From the NCBI RefSeq assembly GCF_009914755.1, contig NC_060936.1: a stretch of DNA of 64,000 nt. The stretch is one strand, 5' to 3'. The DNA is from the human T2T-CHM13v2.0 reference genome, Homo sapiens. The position numbers and the translations under genes were made by a program. Below, in pieces: positions 1 to 14,251 of this stretch; positions within the stretch are counted from its first letter, which is position 1, and every line of letters begins with the position of its first letter. Below the pieces are notes generated by a model that was not told where the DNA came from, searched no databases, and saw nothing but the letters and a program-made list of their open reading frames with translations.

Positions 1-52
1 TGGGCAGCAGCAAGACCCTGCCTCAAAAACAATAATAACAATAATTATAATA
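1..52 (+). mobile_element. Alu 3' end and A-rich tail (cut by window edge)
   Basis: tgggcagcagcaagaccctgcctc followed by aaaaac(aat)n resembles the end of an Alu right monomer. Confidence 0.8.
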
Positions 53-229
53 ATTAGCTTAGTAATAGAAATTCAAAGTATGGGTGTTTAAATAAATCAG
101 AATTCAGTTTTTCTATGCAAAGAGAAGTGTGGAAATAAATTTTTTAACTTCCCAAATTTTTAAACACAAGATTTTTTAAAAACTTGATCATCTGATAAAA
201 TAGCCTATACATTTTTAGGGAAATAATTC

Positions 230-515
230 TGCATAGGGTCTTACCTCCAGATAGCAAAACATTTTTTTAAAGCTATAGTAATTAAAATATGGTACATATG
301 GAACCAGGAATAGGTAGATAAATGAATTGAGTGGAAAGCTCAGAAATATACCCAACTGTTTGTTATAATTTATTATAAGCTAAAAATTACACTCAAATCA
401 ATGAGGAAAAGTTATTTTGTACAATGACTAGTTTAACATAATGGTCTAATCGCTTGGGAAAAAGTAAAGTTAGAACTCTATAAGTCCTTATCAGAAAATG
501 CAGTCCAAACATAAT
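230..515 (+). mobile_element. Ancient L1M ORF2 fragment
   Basis: aaagctatagtaattaaaa...tggt and gggaaaaagtaaagttaga resemble degenerate L1 ORF2 3' region; boundaries approximate. Confidence 0.55.
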
Positions 516-517
516 TA

Positions 518-1729
518 CAATCATATGCCACTTAATAGGGACATGCTCTGAGAAATGCTTTGTTAGGTGATTTTGTTCTGAGGACTTTATAGATTGTACT
601 TACCCAGATCTAGATAATATAGCCTACTACCCACCTAGACTATATGGTATAGACTATTTCACCTAGGCTATAAACCTGTACAGCATGTTACTGTACTGAA
701 TACTGTAGGCAATTGCAACATGATGGTATTGTGATTGTGTATCTAGCCATATCTAAACATAGACAAGGTACAGTAAAAATACAGTTTATATATATATAAA
801 CAGAATAATGTATATATAAACAAAATATATATATGTATATATATTTAAAATGGTATGCCTGTATAGGACACTTCCCATGAATGGAGCTTGCAGGACTGGA
901 CGTTGCTCTCAGTGTCATTGAGTGAGTGGTGAGTAAATATGAAGGCCTAGGACATTATACTACTGTAGACTTAAGAAGTCTACATTTAGGTTATACTAAA
1001 TTTATTTTAAAAAATTTTCTTTCTTCAATAATAAATTAACCCTAGCTTACTTTTTTTATTTTATGAATTAAATTTTTTAACATTTTATTTTTTTGTAATA
1101 ACAGCTTAAAACACAAACACATAGTTCAGCTATACAAAAAATATTTTCTTTATAACCTTATTCTGTAAGCTTTTTTCTATTTTTAAATTTTTTATGTTTT
1201 TACTTATAATTTTTTGTTCAAAAACTATGACACAAACGTACACATTAGCCTAGGCCTACACAGGGTCAGGATCATTAATATCACTGGCTTCTACCTCCAC
1301 ATCTTGTCTCACTGCAGGATCGTCAGGGGCAACAATACTCGTGGAGCTGTCATTTCCTATAATATCAATGCCTTCTGTAATACCTCTTGATGGACCTGCC
1401 TGAGACTATTTACAGTTAACTTTTTTTTGGAGGTAGAAGGAGTATACTCTAAAATAATGATTAAAAGTATAGTAAACACATACATCAGTAAGATAATCAT
1501 TTATTATGATCAAATATGTAGTGTACATAATCATATGCACTGTACTTTTATATGACTGGGACTGCAGTGGATTTGTTTATACCAGCATCACCACAAACAT
1601 GTGAGTCATGCATTGCACGATGACATCACTAGGCAATAGGAATTTTCCAGCTTCATTATAATCTTATGGGACCACCTCCATATCTGCAGTTTGTCATTGA
1701 CTGAAATGTCATTATGCAACACATGACTA
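518..1729 (-). mobile_element. Tigger3b (Golem-type) DNA transposon, near full length
   Basis: Termini caatcatatgc...catgacta flanked by TA on both sides; internal aatcttatgggaccac and tacagcatgttactgtactgaatactgtaggcaattg match recalled Tigger3; ~1.2 kb. Confidence 0.88.
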
Positions 1730-1889
1730 TATATTTGTACACGGAAAAAAGCTTTTAATATATTATTTAAATAATTATTTACTATATTATTTAAAGAAAA
1801 ATACAAAACCATTGTAAGATACATTTAAAAAACATCAAGCATATATTTCTTTCTGGTCGTGTATATGTTTGTGTGTCTCAAAGACTATA

Positions 1890-2194
1890 CAATCATTCCT
1901 ACCTATCACAGGACATTGGTTCCAGGACACCAAACCAAAATCCAGGGATGCTCATGTCCCTTATATAAAATGGTGTAATATTTGCATATAACCTATGCAC
2001 ATTCTCTGAGATACTTTAAATCAATTCTAGATGACTTACAACATCTAATACAATATAAATGCTATGTCAATAGTTGTTATATGTAATTTTTAAAATGTTT
2101 ATTATTATTGTGTTTTTTAAATTGTTTTGTTTTAGAGTATTTTCCATTCACAGTTGGTTGAATCTGTGGATGCAGACACACAGGGAGAACCAAG
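1890..2194. mobile_element. MER2 (TcMar-Tigger MITE)
   Basis: ttggttccaggac...ccttatataaaatggtgtaatatttgcatataacctatgcaca...ggttgaatctgtggatgcag; TA flanks. Confidence 0.85.
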
Positions 2195-2450
2195 TATATG
2201 GTAAAATATCAGTAGTGTTATTTCTGGGTAGTGGGATTATAGGTAGTTAAAATACATGTATTTACTTTTCTTTGTGCCTATCTGTATTCTGAGTTTTCTA
2301 AATTAAGCCTTGTTATAAAAAAAGAACTAAAAATAAGTGATCTCTATTATTGATTATATCACAATGCATATAGGAAATATGCTTTGATGCAGGAATAGTT
2401 GTTAAAAGTTGATTTATAACTCATTTTGTTTTCTTATTTAATTATTTTTA

Positions 2451-2746
2451 AGAGATGGGGTCTCACTGTGTTGCCCAGGCTAGAGTTGCCTATTCACAGG
2501 CATGATCCCACTACCGATCAGAACGGGAGTTTCGATCTGCTTCATTTCCAACCTGAGTGGTTCACTCCTCCTTAGGCAACCTGGTGGTCTCCCACTCCTG
2601 GGAGGTCACCATGTTGATGCCTAACTTAGTGTGGGCACCCCATTTGTATATAGCACATTACAGCCCAGAACTCCCAGGCTCAAGCGATCCTCCTGCCTCG
2701 GTCTTCCTAGTAGATGAAACTACAGTTGTGTGCCAATGTACCTGGC
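2451..2746 (-). pseudogene. Full-length 7SL (SRP) RNA retropseudogene
   Basis: Reverse complement contains the S-domain absent from Alu (CACTAAGTTAGGCATCAACATGGTGACCTCCCAGGAG...GACCACCAGGTTGCCTAAGGAGG...AAACTCCCGTTCTGATCGGTAGTGGGATC) between Alu-domain ends; T-rich tail 2428-2450; TSD ataact(c/t)atttt 2416-2427 / 2751-2762. Confidence 0.95.
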
Positions 2747-2928
2747 TTACATAACTTATTTTATCCCCGGCTATCCAGTACTGACTCCCGGTGATTCCAC
2801 AGCTCCAGATTGGCACTTCTTCCCCCTGTACCAATGCGTAATTTGATCAGTTTTCTTGATTTTCAGTATTCCTGTTGTGTGTGACTAGCAGTTTCCCTTT
2901 TGCCATGACTTTAAAACTCCCCACACCT

Positions 2929-3270
<342 letters not shown>

Positions 3271-6134
3271 TCAGTTTTGTTTGAATATGTTCCAACCTAC
3301 AGAGTAGTTGTGGGTAGTTTTGACTGTTCACGATAATATTTACAAAGAATTGAATAAATATTTTTTATTTCCAAATATTGGTGGTGGTCGTGGTGATTAA
3401 GAATCTGAATCGGATGAACCAGCCTTGCCTTTAGAGAAATGTCCAAGTTACGTTTGGTTTATGGGGGCTCTATATTGGGAGAAGTGAAGAGGCCTAGGAC
3501 CCAGGATTTCCAAGATAAGGTTGTTCAGCAGGGCTCATAGAGAACATCATTTAGAATTTGGCTTGTTCCCAAATGATTCCCTTTATAATTCTTAACAGAG
3601 AGGCTCTGACTGTATCAGTATGGTGTTTCTTTATTAAGCAAAAGCTCATGCCAAGTGACTTCAGGTGCATTTGACTTCATATTTAGTCACAGTGTGAATT
3701 TCTGTATGATTAACTTACCCATCACCGTGATGAAGAATGAGATGGTGGTAGTGATGCTGTGATTATATTACCTCTTTCATCCTTGATTTTTGGTGATTAG
3801 TCTTCCTTGAAACTTTCTCTTGACATGGACCATCAATATGGAAATCTGAAGCTTCCATTGATGGAGGTGGTCTCTGAACTAGCATCCATCCAAGCCAGGA
3901 ATAGACTGCAATAAACTTATTGAGAATAACACAATCCTTAATTGTATGTGTAATCCATGGCTTTCACTGTCTTTACCACACCAAATGGCATTGCCAAGTC
4001 TTATTTTTCCTCCTTCCTCTGCTTCTCACACAACCTCTTTTCTTCATGCAATTCCATTTTCCATTCCATTTCCATTCAATGAATCTTCCAAGCCTAAAGG
4101 TTTAAATCTGGTCATCCCCCTCTCTTCCATGCAGTTTCATTTCTAAGATGGCATTGAGGATATTGCCATGGTTGTTTCATACTTAGTTGTTATTGTTATG
4201 ATAGGTAATATATAATTCTGAACTAAAATTGCTGGCTATTTTTTGTCATTGTGACAACAGGTTTTAGAAACATAGCACTCCAATTTTGCTACTGAATGTT
4301 TTGATTAAATGGGAGGGACTAGAAGACTACAATTTAAGAGCAGGCTTCAGCAATAATTTTTAAAAATAGATTCAGAGTCGATCATCTTACTATATTTCTA
4401 TCTAGGCTTATCTCCCTTCATGCAGTTAGTTACAACACTTGGAGGGCTGTTTCCAAGACTGGCACTAAAGAGGTCACTTTTTCCACTCTCTCTCCCAGAA
4501 AATATCAGGAAGTGCAGTAAGGTTCATGAAAATTTAAGCTTGAAGTTTAGAAAACTCAAAACAACCCAAACCCTCAAACATTCAGTTTGGTTTGAATCTT
4601 GGACAAAGGTTTTCTATGCAGCTAGTGGAGTTATTTCAGTTTAACGGCTGTAGTAACTTCATTTCAGGGCTAGGGGAAATTATGAAACCATAACTTGGAT
4701 CTTATTTTAACAAAACCAAGAAATAAAAACACTGGGGAATCTGCATGGGAAAGGGGACCTACCTAACCCCAATTGCTGCTATTTTACTGTGGCAGCTCCT
4801 CTTACTATAGGAATTATGAAACCATTCTTTCCAATTCCTTCAGAGAGAGCTGACTTTTGAAACCGATTGAGTGGCCTGCATCCAATTAATAACCCTCCTG
4901 ATGTGCGCAACAGGGAAGATCTTTCATAGGTGATTAAATCCAATAGAGTTAAGGTCTGTCATCGTGATTTCCCTCCTGGTCAACTTTCATTTCAAAAGTC
5001 ATCCCAGGAGAACCACTGTAGTTCTTTACCTAGTTGACTTCTGAAACAAAATTTTCCACTTCAAAGAGAGCCCAATAATTTAGACCCTATCCTCCTTGGA
5101 TACAATTTATTTTTTCCAAGAATAAGAATTTAATTTAATGACTATTTATTGAGTGGCTTCATTATATCTGGCATAGGATAATATATTCCAGGCAGAGGTA
5201 TACAACATAGGGGGAAAAATGTCCTCAAAGATCTTTTGGACCAGTTCAATAATCAACAATGAAACATCTTAGAACAAAAACAAATTCAAAAAGGATTTAT
5301 TTTGAAATAATCTAGAAAACCTCAGTTGATTTTTAAACATACCCAATAGAGTATGTCACCTCATTTACAGTTGATCACTTATCAAATACTGCAGAGCAAA
5401 ATGAGGTCGAGCCTCAGGCTCTGCAGATGTGGAGCACAGCCTAAAGGGGCAAAGCATCAGCAGCCTGCTGAATTTCTGAAGCACACAATCTCAGAGGATT
5501 TCCGGACTATTTGGGGCTTCAGAGCATCCAGAAATACTGAAAATTTAATAAAGTTCGTGTTTTCTTATTTAGGTAGAGACAGATTTGCCAGATAATAGAA
5601 GTGACTTAACTAACAAGGTTCCAGTTAATAAGTGCCATAAATATTCCCCCAAAGTATCTATATTCTTATCAAACTAGCTTGTTCTCTTAATTGAGGATAT
5701 ACGTAGTGATTTTAGTTGGATTATATTAAGCATTCACCACCCTTTTAAGTGATTATTTCTGCTATTATATGGAATCATGTTACTATGAAATTTGAATTAA
5801 CTCACATGAAATCTGAATCACAGCCAGTGAAATGTGGTTAATGGTATTTGTTGTAACTTGAAATTTTCCTTTTTTTTTTTGCATTTCTTTTAAAATATTG
5901 TTTTAATATTATGCTTTGATGATGTCAGTATCTAATTTCTTTCCTTCTTTATGTACTTTAGAACTACAGGGAGCAAATCTGTTTCTTAGAATATAAATCC
6001 ATCTAGTAAACTTTTCAAAATTTGGAGATCTCCTAGAACTATTTTCTGAACTAATAATGATGCAATAATGATTACAGTTAATAGTGGAACTGTAGGAATA
6101 TCATATTCTTTAATAACTTGAAATTTTAAAATTT

Positions 6135-7520
6135 GATTCTGAATATTTATCAAAACTATTATTGGGCAACCAATACATACTGTGTAAAGTTCTGTACTTA
6201 GGGATTGAACCAGTGGTTGAGGAAATGAAACAAATCTGAATGTTAAATGCCTATTAAGTGGCAGGGACAGTCAATTCCAAACAAGGAAGTAATCATTTCC
6301 AGATGGGGATGGTCTGAGTCCTCATGGAGGAGGTGAAATTAGTGTTCTCCTTTGAAAGGTATATGCATTTAGAGACTAGTGAGCACGTGTTTCAGAGGTG
6401 AGAAATTGATGCATCAGAGGCTGGAAAATGCATGCTGTGTGTGTGAAGGACAATGAGAAGACCTCTTTGCTGGGCTTAAACACAGAGTTGATGTAGGAGA
6501 GTAGTGGGTATTAGAGCTTAAAAGGTAGGATAAAGCCGGATTTTGGAAGGCTGTGGGCTTTTTGTCATAGATGCAAGGAGCTGTTTTAAGTTTTTGAGAT
6601 GAGGATTGAAATGGTGAAGTAGTGTTTTAGGAAGATAACGCAGGTAGTAACAGGGTAAGTGGGAAAGAAAATGGTTGAAGATACGACAATTGATTAGAAA
6701 ATTTGCACTTGCCTAAGAAAAGATGATAAAAAATCTAGTGTGTAGTAGTGGCTACAGTGCTGGAAGGAGAAACATTAGGAAGAGAACAAGGAATCAATAT
6801 AATTTTGAGATTGCTAGACATGGGAAGTGAGGGACAACTTAAAAATGACACCTTTTGGCTTAATGTATGATTTTGAACCTGCGTATCAGGGATAATGATT
6901 ATCATAAATGAGAAATCTGGAAAATAGGTCAGGTTGGGGTTAAGGGTAGAAAATAGGCTTTGTTTTAAGTGAATTGCTCTTGAGATAGTGGCATGTCTTC
7001 TAATAAGCAGGTGGAAATGCAGGACTCAATTTTATGAGAGAGATCAGGACTAGTAACAAAAAATGGTGACCATTTATATATAAGTAACAACCAAAGTTGG
7101 AGAGGTAAATATCACCTGAAGGCTTAGAAATGCTAAAAATGGAAAAGCAAATATCTGAGCTGTGAGATGTAGGACACACGAGATTTAGGTGATGAAAGGT
7201 GGAAAAAAGACAGTAAAAGAGACAGAAAACAAAGCAATTGAAAGGTAAAGAAAAGAACCAGAATATGATAGAGTCATAGAAGTCAAACAAGTTATGAGTT
7301 TTCAAAATAATAGTAGTGATTGGCAGTATCTCATACTTTAGACAGGCTATGCAGAATGGGGAATGGAAAACACCATTGATTATGTCAACTAGGAGTCTTT
7401 GAAGCCAATTAAGTATAATTTTCATAGAGTAGGAAGAGCAGAGCCAAATTGTGTGAGAAATAAGGAGGCAGTCGTGGTAAGCAGGTATATTCAACCCTTT
7501 GGGAAGAAAGGAGAAAAAAG
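6135..7520 (-). mobile_element. L2 LINE remnant
   Basis: Starts with L2 3'-end-like ttattgggcaacc...tgtg...ctgtacttagg, followed by typical purine-rich antisense L2 body; boundaries approximate. Confidence 0.7.
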
Positions 7521-7639
7521 AACAGTGGCAAGATGAGTACCAGGCCCTCTCCTTTTCTCCCTCCCCAGGCAGATTCAATCTCTTTCATGTAGAATCACCA
7601 TTTGTATGTCAATACCTTCTGGAATTATATCACAAATAT

Positions 7640-8140
7640 AGAACATCGTCCCTAACACCCTAGCTCCCATATATCAACAGCTCTTACTTTGGTATCAATA
7701 GATGCCACTTCAACTTCAACATCCGAAACTAAATTTATAATTTCCCCGTGCTCCTACTAAAAAACAAAACAAAATACAAATAAGCATAAATAAACAACAA
7801 CCAGGTCTTCTTTTAGTGTTTTCCATTTCAGTAAGTAACATGACACTCTCCCCACTTGCTCACGCTAGAAAGCTCGGGGTCATTTTTGATACCCCCCTTT
7901 GCTCTTCATTTCTGTCATCTAATTCATCACCAAATCTTGTAAACACACTTCTCTCCACATCCACTGCCCCACTAGTTGAAGACTCGGTCATCTGAACAAA
8001 CTCAGTAATATTTCACGTGTCTCCTCTGCATCTCCTCTTGCTCCTCACAGAAGCCAGTGTAATCCTTTAAATCCACAAACCTGATTACTATTACCCTCCT
8101 ATTTAATACCTTCTAGTGGCCTCTTTTTTCCTTCAAGCCA
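7640..8140 (+). mobile_element. L2 LINE remnant
   Basis: cttcaacatccgaaactaaa...ttccatttcagtaa...ggggtcatttttgata...catcaccaaatcttgt are L2 sense motifs. Confidence 0.65.
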
Positions 8141-8149
8141 AGTGATGTT

Positions 8150-8660
8150 ATGAAAACAACTATTTTAGAATGAAGCAACTAACTCTGTATGGAGGAATTA
8201 GAAAAACCTTCATTAAGATATTGGCATATGGACTGGCCTTCAGTGTCTTCAGGTGGAGAATTCTATTAGTGTGAAGTATGGGATGAGAGTGACAGAAGAT
8301 CATTCCGGCTTGAGGAACGTCATGTGCCAAGGTAGGAAGTAGGTGTTCAGAAAAGCGTGACAAGTTCAGAGGGTGATGTCAAGGGATGGGGAGTAGCTGT
8401 AGAAGCCAGTTTTTGAAAGCCCTTTGATGTTGGATTTTATGGAGGTTTTAAAGCAAGGGATAATATAAAGAACCAAGCTTTTTGTGGCAAAGGGGAAAGT
8501 TGACTGCAATGTTTGAGAGTCTTAGAGAAGAGAGAGCAGTTTAGTGCCTGTTGTAGGGACCCAAGAAAGGTGATAGAGGCCAAGACAAAGGCTGTGGGGC
8601 TGGGGAGAAGATTCCAGGCATATTTAGAGTAGGACCTACAGAAGTAATGCAACATTTGAG
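8150..8660 (-). mobile_element. L2 LINE remnant
   Basis: ggaggttttaaagcaaggga, catatttagagtaggacctacagaa are antisense L2 motifs. Confidence 0.6.
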
Positions 8661-8899
8661 GCTAGATGTCCTTGAATAATGTTATTGTGAGTGGGTTTAT
8701 GTGCAAAGCCTATGATCTGACCCTAAATTGACATGTTATTCTGTGGTCTCATACTCTGTAGAATGTATTATTTTTGCCACATGTAAAATGTACTAGAGAT
8801 AAATTACAATTAGTTTGTTTCCTAGTCAAAGCTACACTAAAATTACAACCCAGTAAAAATATTTTTAAGAATCCAAATATCTGGATTTTTCACAGTTCT

Positions 8900-9020
8900 G
8901 TCTCTGATAAGTTTTAGAAACTTGGTCAAGTCATATACTCAGCCGGAGGCTTAAATTTCTCATTTGCAAAAGGAAGGAGTTGACTAGACTCACTGAATGA
9001 CCTCTAAGGTTCCTTCAAGT
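8900..9020 (+). mobile_element. MIR fragment
   Basis: cttggtcaagtca...tttctcatttgcaaaagg...ctctaaggttccttc. Confidence 0.55.
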
Positions 9021-10635
9021 TCCTTGGAACCAGTGTCAACCTCTAGGGTATTTTTCTGCTTTAGTTGATTGACTTGATTCTAACTAGCAGGAAGCAGACG
9101 GCTTCAGAGTTTCTTGAAAACATAGTTATCTCCTTGAAGAACTGTGGTCTAGGGAGTGTTCTGAGTAGCATTCGTAGACCCACCTTGTCTTATAAAATGC
9201 ATTACATTTATAATCCTTCTAGAGGATCTTTCCAATCTCCCGTAGCTGGGTACCAAGCAAAAATCATTCCAGTTAATAAGAGCCATTTGTTGGTAATAGT
9301 TCTATTATATTTGGTGTGGCATATTTTCTTTTCTCCCCAAGGCTTCTCTTAACTAGGAGAAACTTAAAAGTACATTCATTGTCAAGTCTTCCTAGGCTTT
9401 TGATTTCAAGAACTTGTGTAGAATTATGTGTTTTTTTCCTTCAAGTACAATTTGCAGAAGGGTAGAGACATATATAATTTAATTGAACAAATTTAAACTT
9501 CCACTGTGTATGAAGCATTGTGGAGAAAAAGCAGGATGGGTAAAGGAATGTGCCAAGAGGGATAAGGCGCAATTTCTGTCTTCAAGTAAGTATATTATTT
9601 AACAGGAGAGCCTACAATGTTAATACATACTTCAAGTAGGTATATGAAAATGGTAGTACAGTAGAAGAGAGTGCTACATGTAGGATGAGTATGATTACTC
9701 CAGCCTTGGGCTTGCAAATTGGAATAACTGTCTTCTGGTAAGCGCTATTCCTAAATTCTGTCTGAGCTGGTGAATATTGGTATGAATAACCCAGGTATAG
9801 GTCTAAAATAATTGATCAACTTGTCTTTGGCAAGTGTATATAAAGTTTTAAGCAATCTCTTAACCACTTCAGATTACAGCGTATTGCTCATGTGAGAGAT
9901 AAAAATGACCAACTGCTTGAAAATGGTTGATTGGTTATAAATAGACACAGTCTAAATTTTTGGCAAGAGCATGATAAAAGCTTTTATGAAGTTATGAAAT
10001 TGTGGCAACATATTGTCAACTGTGGCACTTGAAGTCAAGTCATTAGAGAATCACATGAACAGATTTAGTATACTACTAAGCTGACAGACATACTGGCATA
10101 AACAGTTATTAAGCTGCAGACTAAACTGAAGATCAATTTTTTAAAAATGATGCTTTGCAGCATGTTGTATGGGTATTACATTTTTTATGTACATCATATT
10201 CAACTCCTGGATGAGTGTTATCTTAAGGTTTTCTGGGTTGAATTTAACATAAAGATAACAGGATTCCATTTCTAAAGATGGGGCATTTGTCTCATTCAAT
10301 GTGAGTGCTAAAATATTCTTGTTCTATAATTCATTCTTCTGAGAGATAACTATGATTTCTGGTAGTGTAAAGGTGTTCTTCCCTGTTTTGTCTTTGTACC
10401 CTGAGAATAAACAATCATAGGTAAAATAAACTTAAAATAAATTGTAGGTGAAATAAACTTGCAGGTTTAAAAAGCATAAGAAAGCTAGTAAGCCAGGAAA
10501 CTGGTATGTATATATATTTTATAAACCTGGTATTATATTTTATGTCTTCATCTAATTATGAAAGTGATTAAAAAGTTTAATATAGTGAAAAATGTGTCTA
10601 AATTGTGACAAAAGTTCTGATCCCAGATTTATGTC

Positions 10636-11012
10636 TGTATTTGTTCTCACGCTGCTAATAAAGACATACCCAAGACTGGGTAATTTATAAAGGAAAGAGG
10701 TTCAATGGACTCACAGTTCCACATGGCTGGGGAGGCCTCACAATCATGGCAGAAGACAAAGGAGGAGCAAAGTCACATCTTAGGTAGCGGTGGACAAGAG
10801 AGCTTGTGTAGGGAAACTCCCATTTATAAAACCATCAGACCTCGTGAGACTTATTCACCATCATGAGGACAGCACCATCATGAGAAGAGCATCATTAAAA
10901 CCCGCCCCCAAGTTTTAATTACCTCCCACCAGGTCCCTCCCATGACACATGGGAATTATGGGAGCTCCAATTCAAGATAAGATTTGGGTGGGGACATAGC
11001 CAAGCCATATCA
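10636..11012 (-). mobile_element. THE1-family (MaLR) solo LTR
   Basis: tgtatt...gctaataaagacatacccaagactgggtaatttata...gatttgggtggggacatagccaagccatatca; 5-bp TSD (a/g)tgtc. Confidence 0.92.
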
Positions 11013-11326
11013 GTGTCACTAGGCCTTTAAGTTGGAGCAGTCCTATAAGAGGGCATGGAAAAGTCTAAGTCACCTTAAGGTATGTTTCCACCAGCTCTAA
11101 GCCTCTATTCTCCATCAGTATGTTAAGGCATACTGTTTAAAGAAATTTTTGTTAAAATGAAGTCTGTTGTCTGGCAGGAGTAAGATCTTAATATTAGCTG
11201 ACAATTAAGCACTTAATTTGTGCCTAACATTATGCTAAGGACTGTACATTGGCTCTCTTAATGCTTATTAAATATAGTATGGCTATATAATATATATAAT
11301 ATATAATACTTATGAAATTGGTACTA

Positions 11327-11826
<500 letters not shown>

Positions 11827-12357
11827 TATTAGCCACCATCCCCCTTTACCCAATCTGACCTAAAAGGAACCGAAACATGAAGAAGTTAAGTAATCTGTTC
11901 AATATCACAGAACTGGTAAATGCTTGAGCCAGGATTCCACACAATTGTTTAACTCAACCCAGGAACAATGCTTCCACACAGCATACCATGCTGCCTGCTG
12001 GTAATCTACCAGCACTTCTTAAGCTTTGGCGAAATTGGTGTATCTGAGTAGCCATCTTCAGAGAGCTGCACACTGGAGTTGCAGTGGCACAGTGGAGTTG
12101 GGAGGAGAGAGAATTTGCAAGGTCCAGAATGGACTGCTGAGTGAAGAGGCATGGTGGAAGACCCTTGGCAGTCGGGGTAATCATGAGTGAAATAGACCCT
12201 GAAAGGACAGAAAAGTTACAGGAATGTAGGGAAGCCATAAAGGTGGAGGCCACCCATTTTACTATTTTATCCAGGTCCAGACCTGCGTGTGCAAATACAT
12301 CTATATGGGACACAGAAAGAAAATTCTTATGTATCAGGGAGAGTTATTTATCTATAG

Positions 12358-12749
<392 letters not shown>

Positions 12750-13208
12750 TAAATATTTTCTTATCCTACAATTAGAATTTAAGATTTGATGTGTTCTGCA
12801 TGTTTCTTTTTTATTTGCTTTCCCCCCCATAGTGCCATAGCACAATTTAGTGTAAATATTAGGAAGGGCAAGCATTTATTGAATACATAAATAATAAGAA
12901 CTCTCTCTTTACCTCAAATACCATACAGAATCTTGGAAGCTTATTTGAGTTTAACAAAAAGATGCTTTAAGTGGGGGTGGGGAACCTCCTAAAGAGTTGT
13001 ATCAGTTACTGAAATAACACAGACTAGTGTAATTTCTATTCCTGCTTGTCAAGAAACAAGGTAGGCAAATTAAAGTCATCAGGATCTAGCACTGCTGCTC
13101 TGCCTCCAACAGAAAAGATGAGCCAATGAAAAGACAAGCCAGTGAAAATACACTGTTACTCCCTGTCAGCCCCAGTGGCCATATGCACAAACACTATGCA
13201 GACCAACA

Positions 13209-13211
<3 letters not shown>

Positions 13212-13241
<30 letters not shown>
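13212..13241. repeat. (AC)n microsatellite
   Basis: About 15 AC units. Confidence 0.95.
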
Positions 13242-13246
<5 letters not shown>

Positions 13247-14251
13247 AATTTATGTATTTTCTTTTGCCTATGTGTCTAGTCAGCTTAAATGGGTCGACTC
13301 GTGTTTTGGCTCCTATAACCAAACCAGACTCTTTGGCTCAGCTCTACCTGCAAACTTTCTGGCCTGCTTCAGTATAGTGAAGTGGTTTAAGTTTCTGAGA
13401 ACAAATAATTAGGCTCTAGGAGAAGGCCAGGATTATACAAAACCCATTCGTTTTTGCTTCTGTGGGTTCTGTGTCTCCGTAAAAAAGGAAAACAAAGTTA
13501 GGTAAGAACAGTGTTCAGCTATGTGAGCTTCATGATATTTCTCCTATTATGTTATCAGAACACTTATTTAATTTTTGTTGTTCTGAACCTGAGATACTTA
13601 GGGATTAGTATTTTAAGTTACATCTCCTTTTAACCAACAATATAAATCTTAGACTCAGAATTAGTGTTGGCATGGACCGGAATCTGCCCTTATCTTTGTT
13701 CCCTCACCTTATCTTTGTTACTTATCTTCACTCTTTGGACTTAAAAGGTAATGAAGTTTCAAACTAGGTTTAGGAGCATCTTCAGCTACAGAAGGCGAGA
13801 TATAAGGTATTTATTTATTTATTTATTTAAACTTACTCCACTATCTTTCTATGGTACTTTCTCCATATCATAAAAACTTTGGAGACCTGTATTATTGGGA
13901 AGATTGCTCAGCTACAACAGAGACTAAGTGAGGCACTGACTTCATCAAGTGATTTTTGGTGATCAAGCAGCAATAAATGTGCCCAATATAAACCTTCTCT
14001 TCCTCCAGTTCACAGGCACAGGATTTAAATCAATTTTAAGTGGTTTTAAAATGTAGCAGAGATTTCACTTTTTAGGTATTTTTTCTTTATCAGAGATATA
14101 ACTTCCAAGAGATTTTTCTTTATTACTCCATTTAGGTGTTTTTCCAAATTATGAATCATCTACTATACTTATTTATTAATTGATACTTTAGTGAGTTAGA
14201 GTGAACTGCTTGCGTCTTCATTTACCCAGAGGTGACCACTAGTATTATTTT

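Noticed and set aside
7000-7578. 192-aa hydrophobic ORF resembling a membrane protein
   Set aside because: Lies in a decayed L2; the F/L/I/S richness reflects T-rich composition; no recognisable domain
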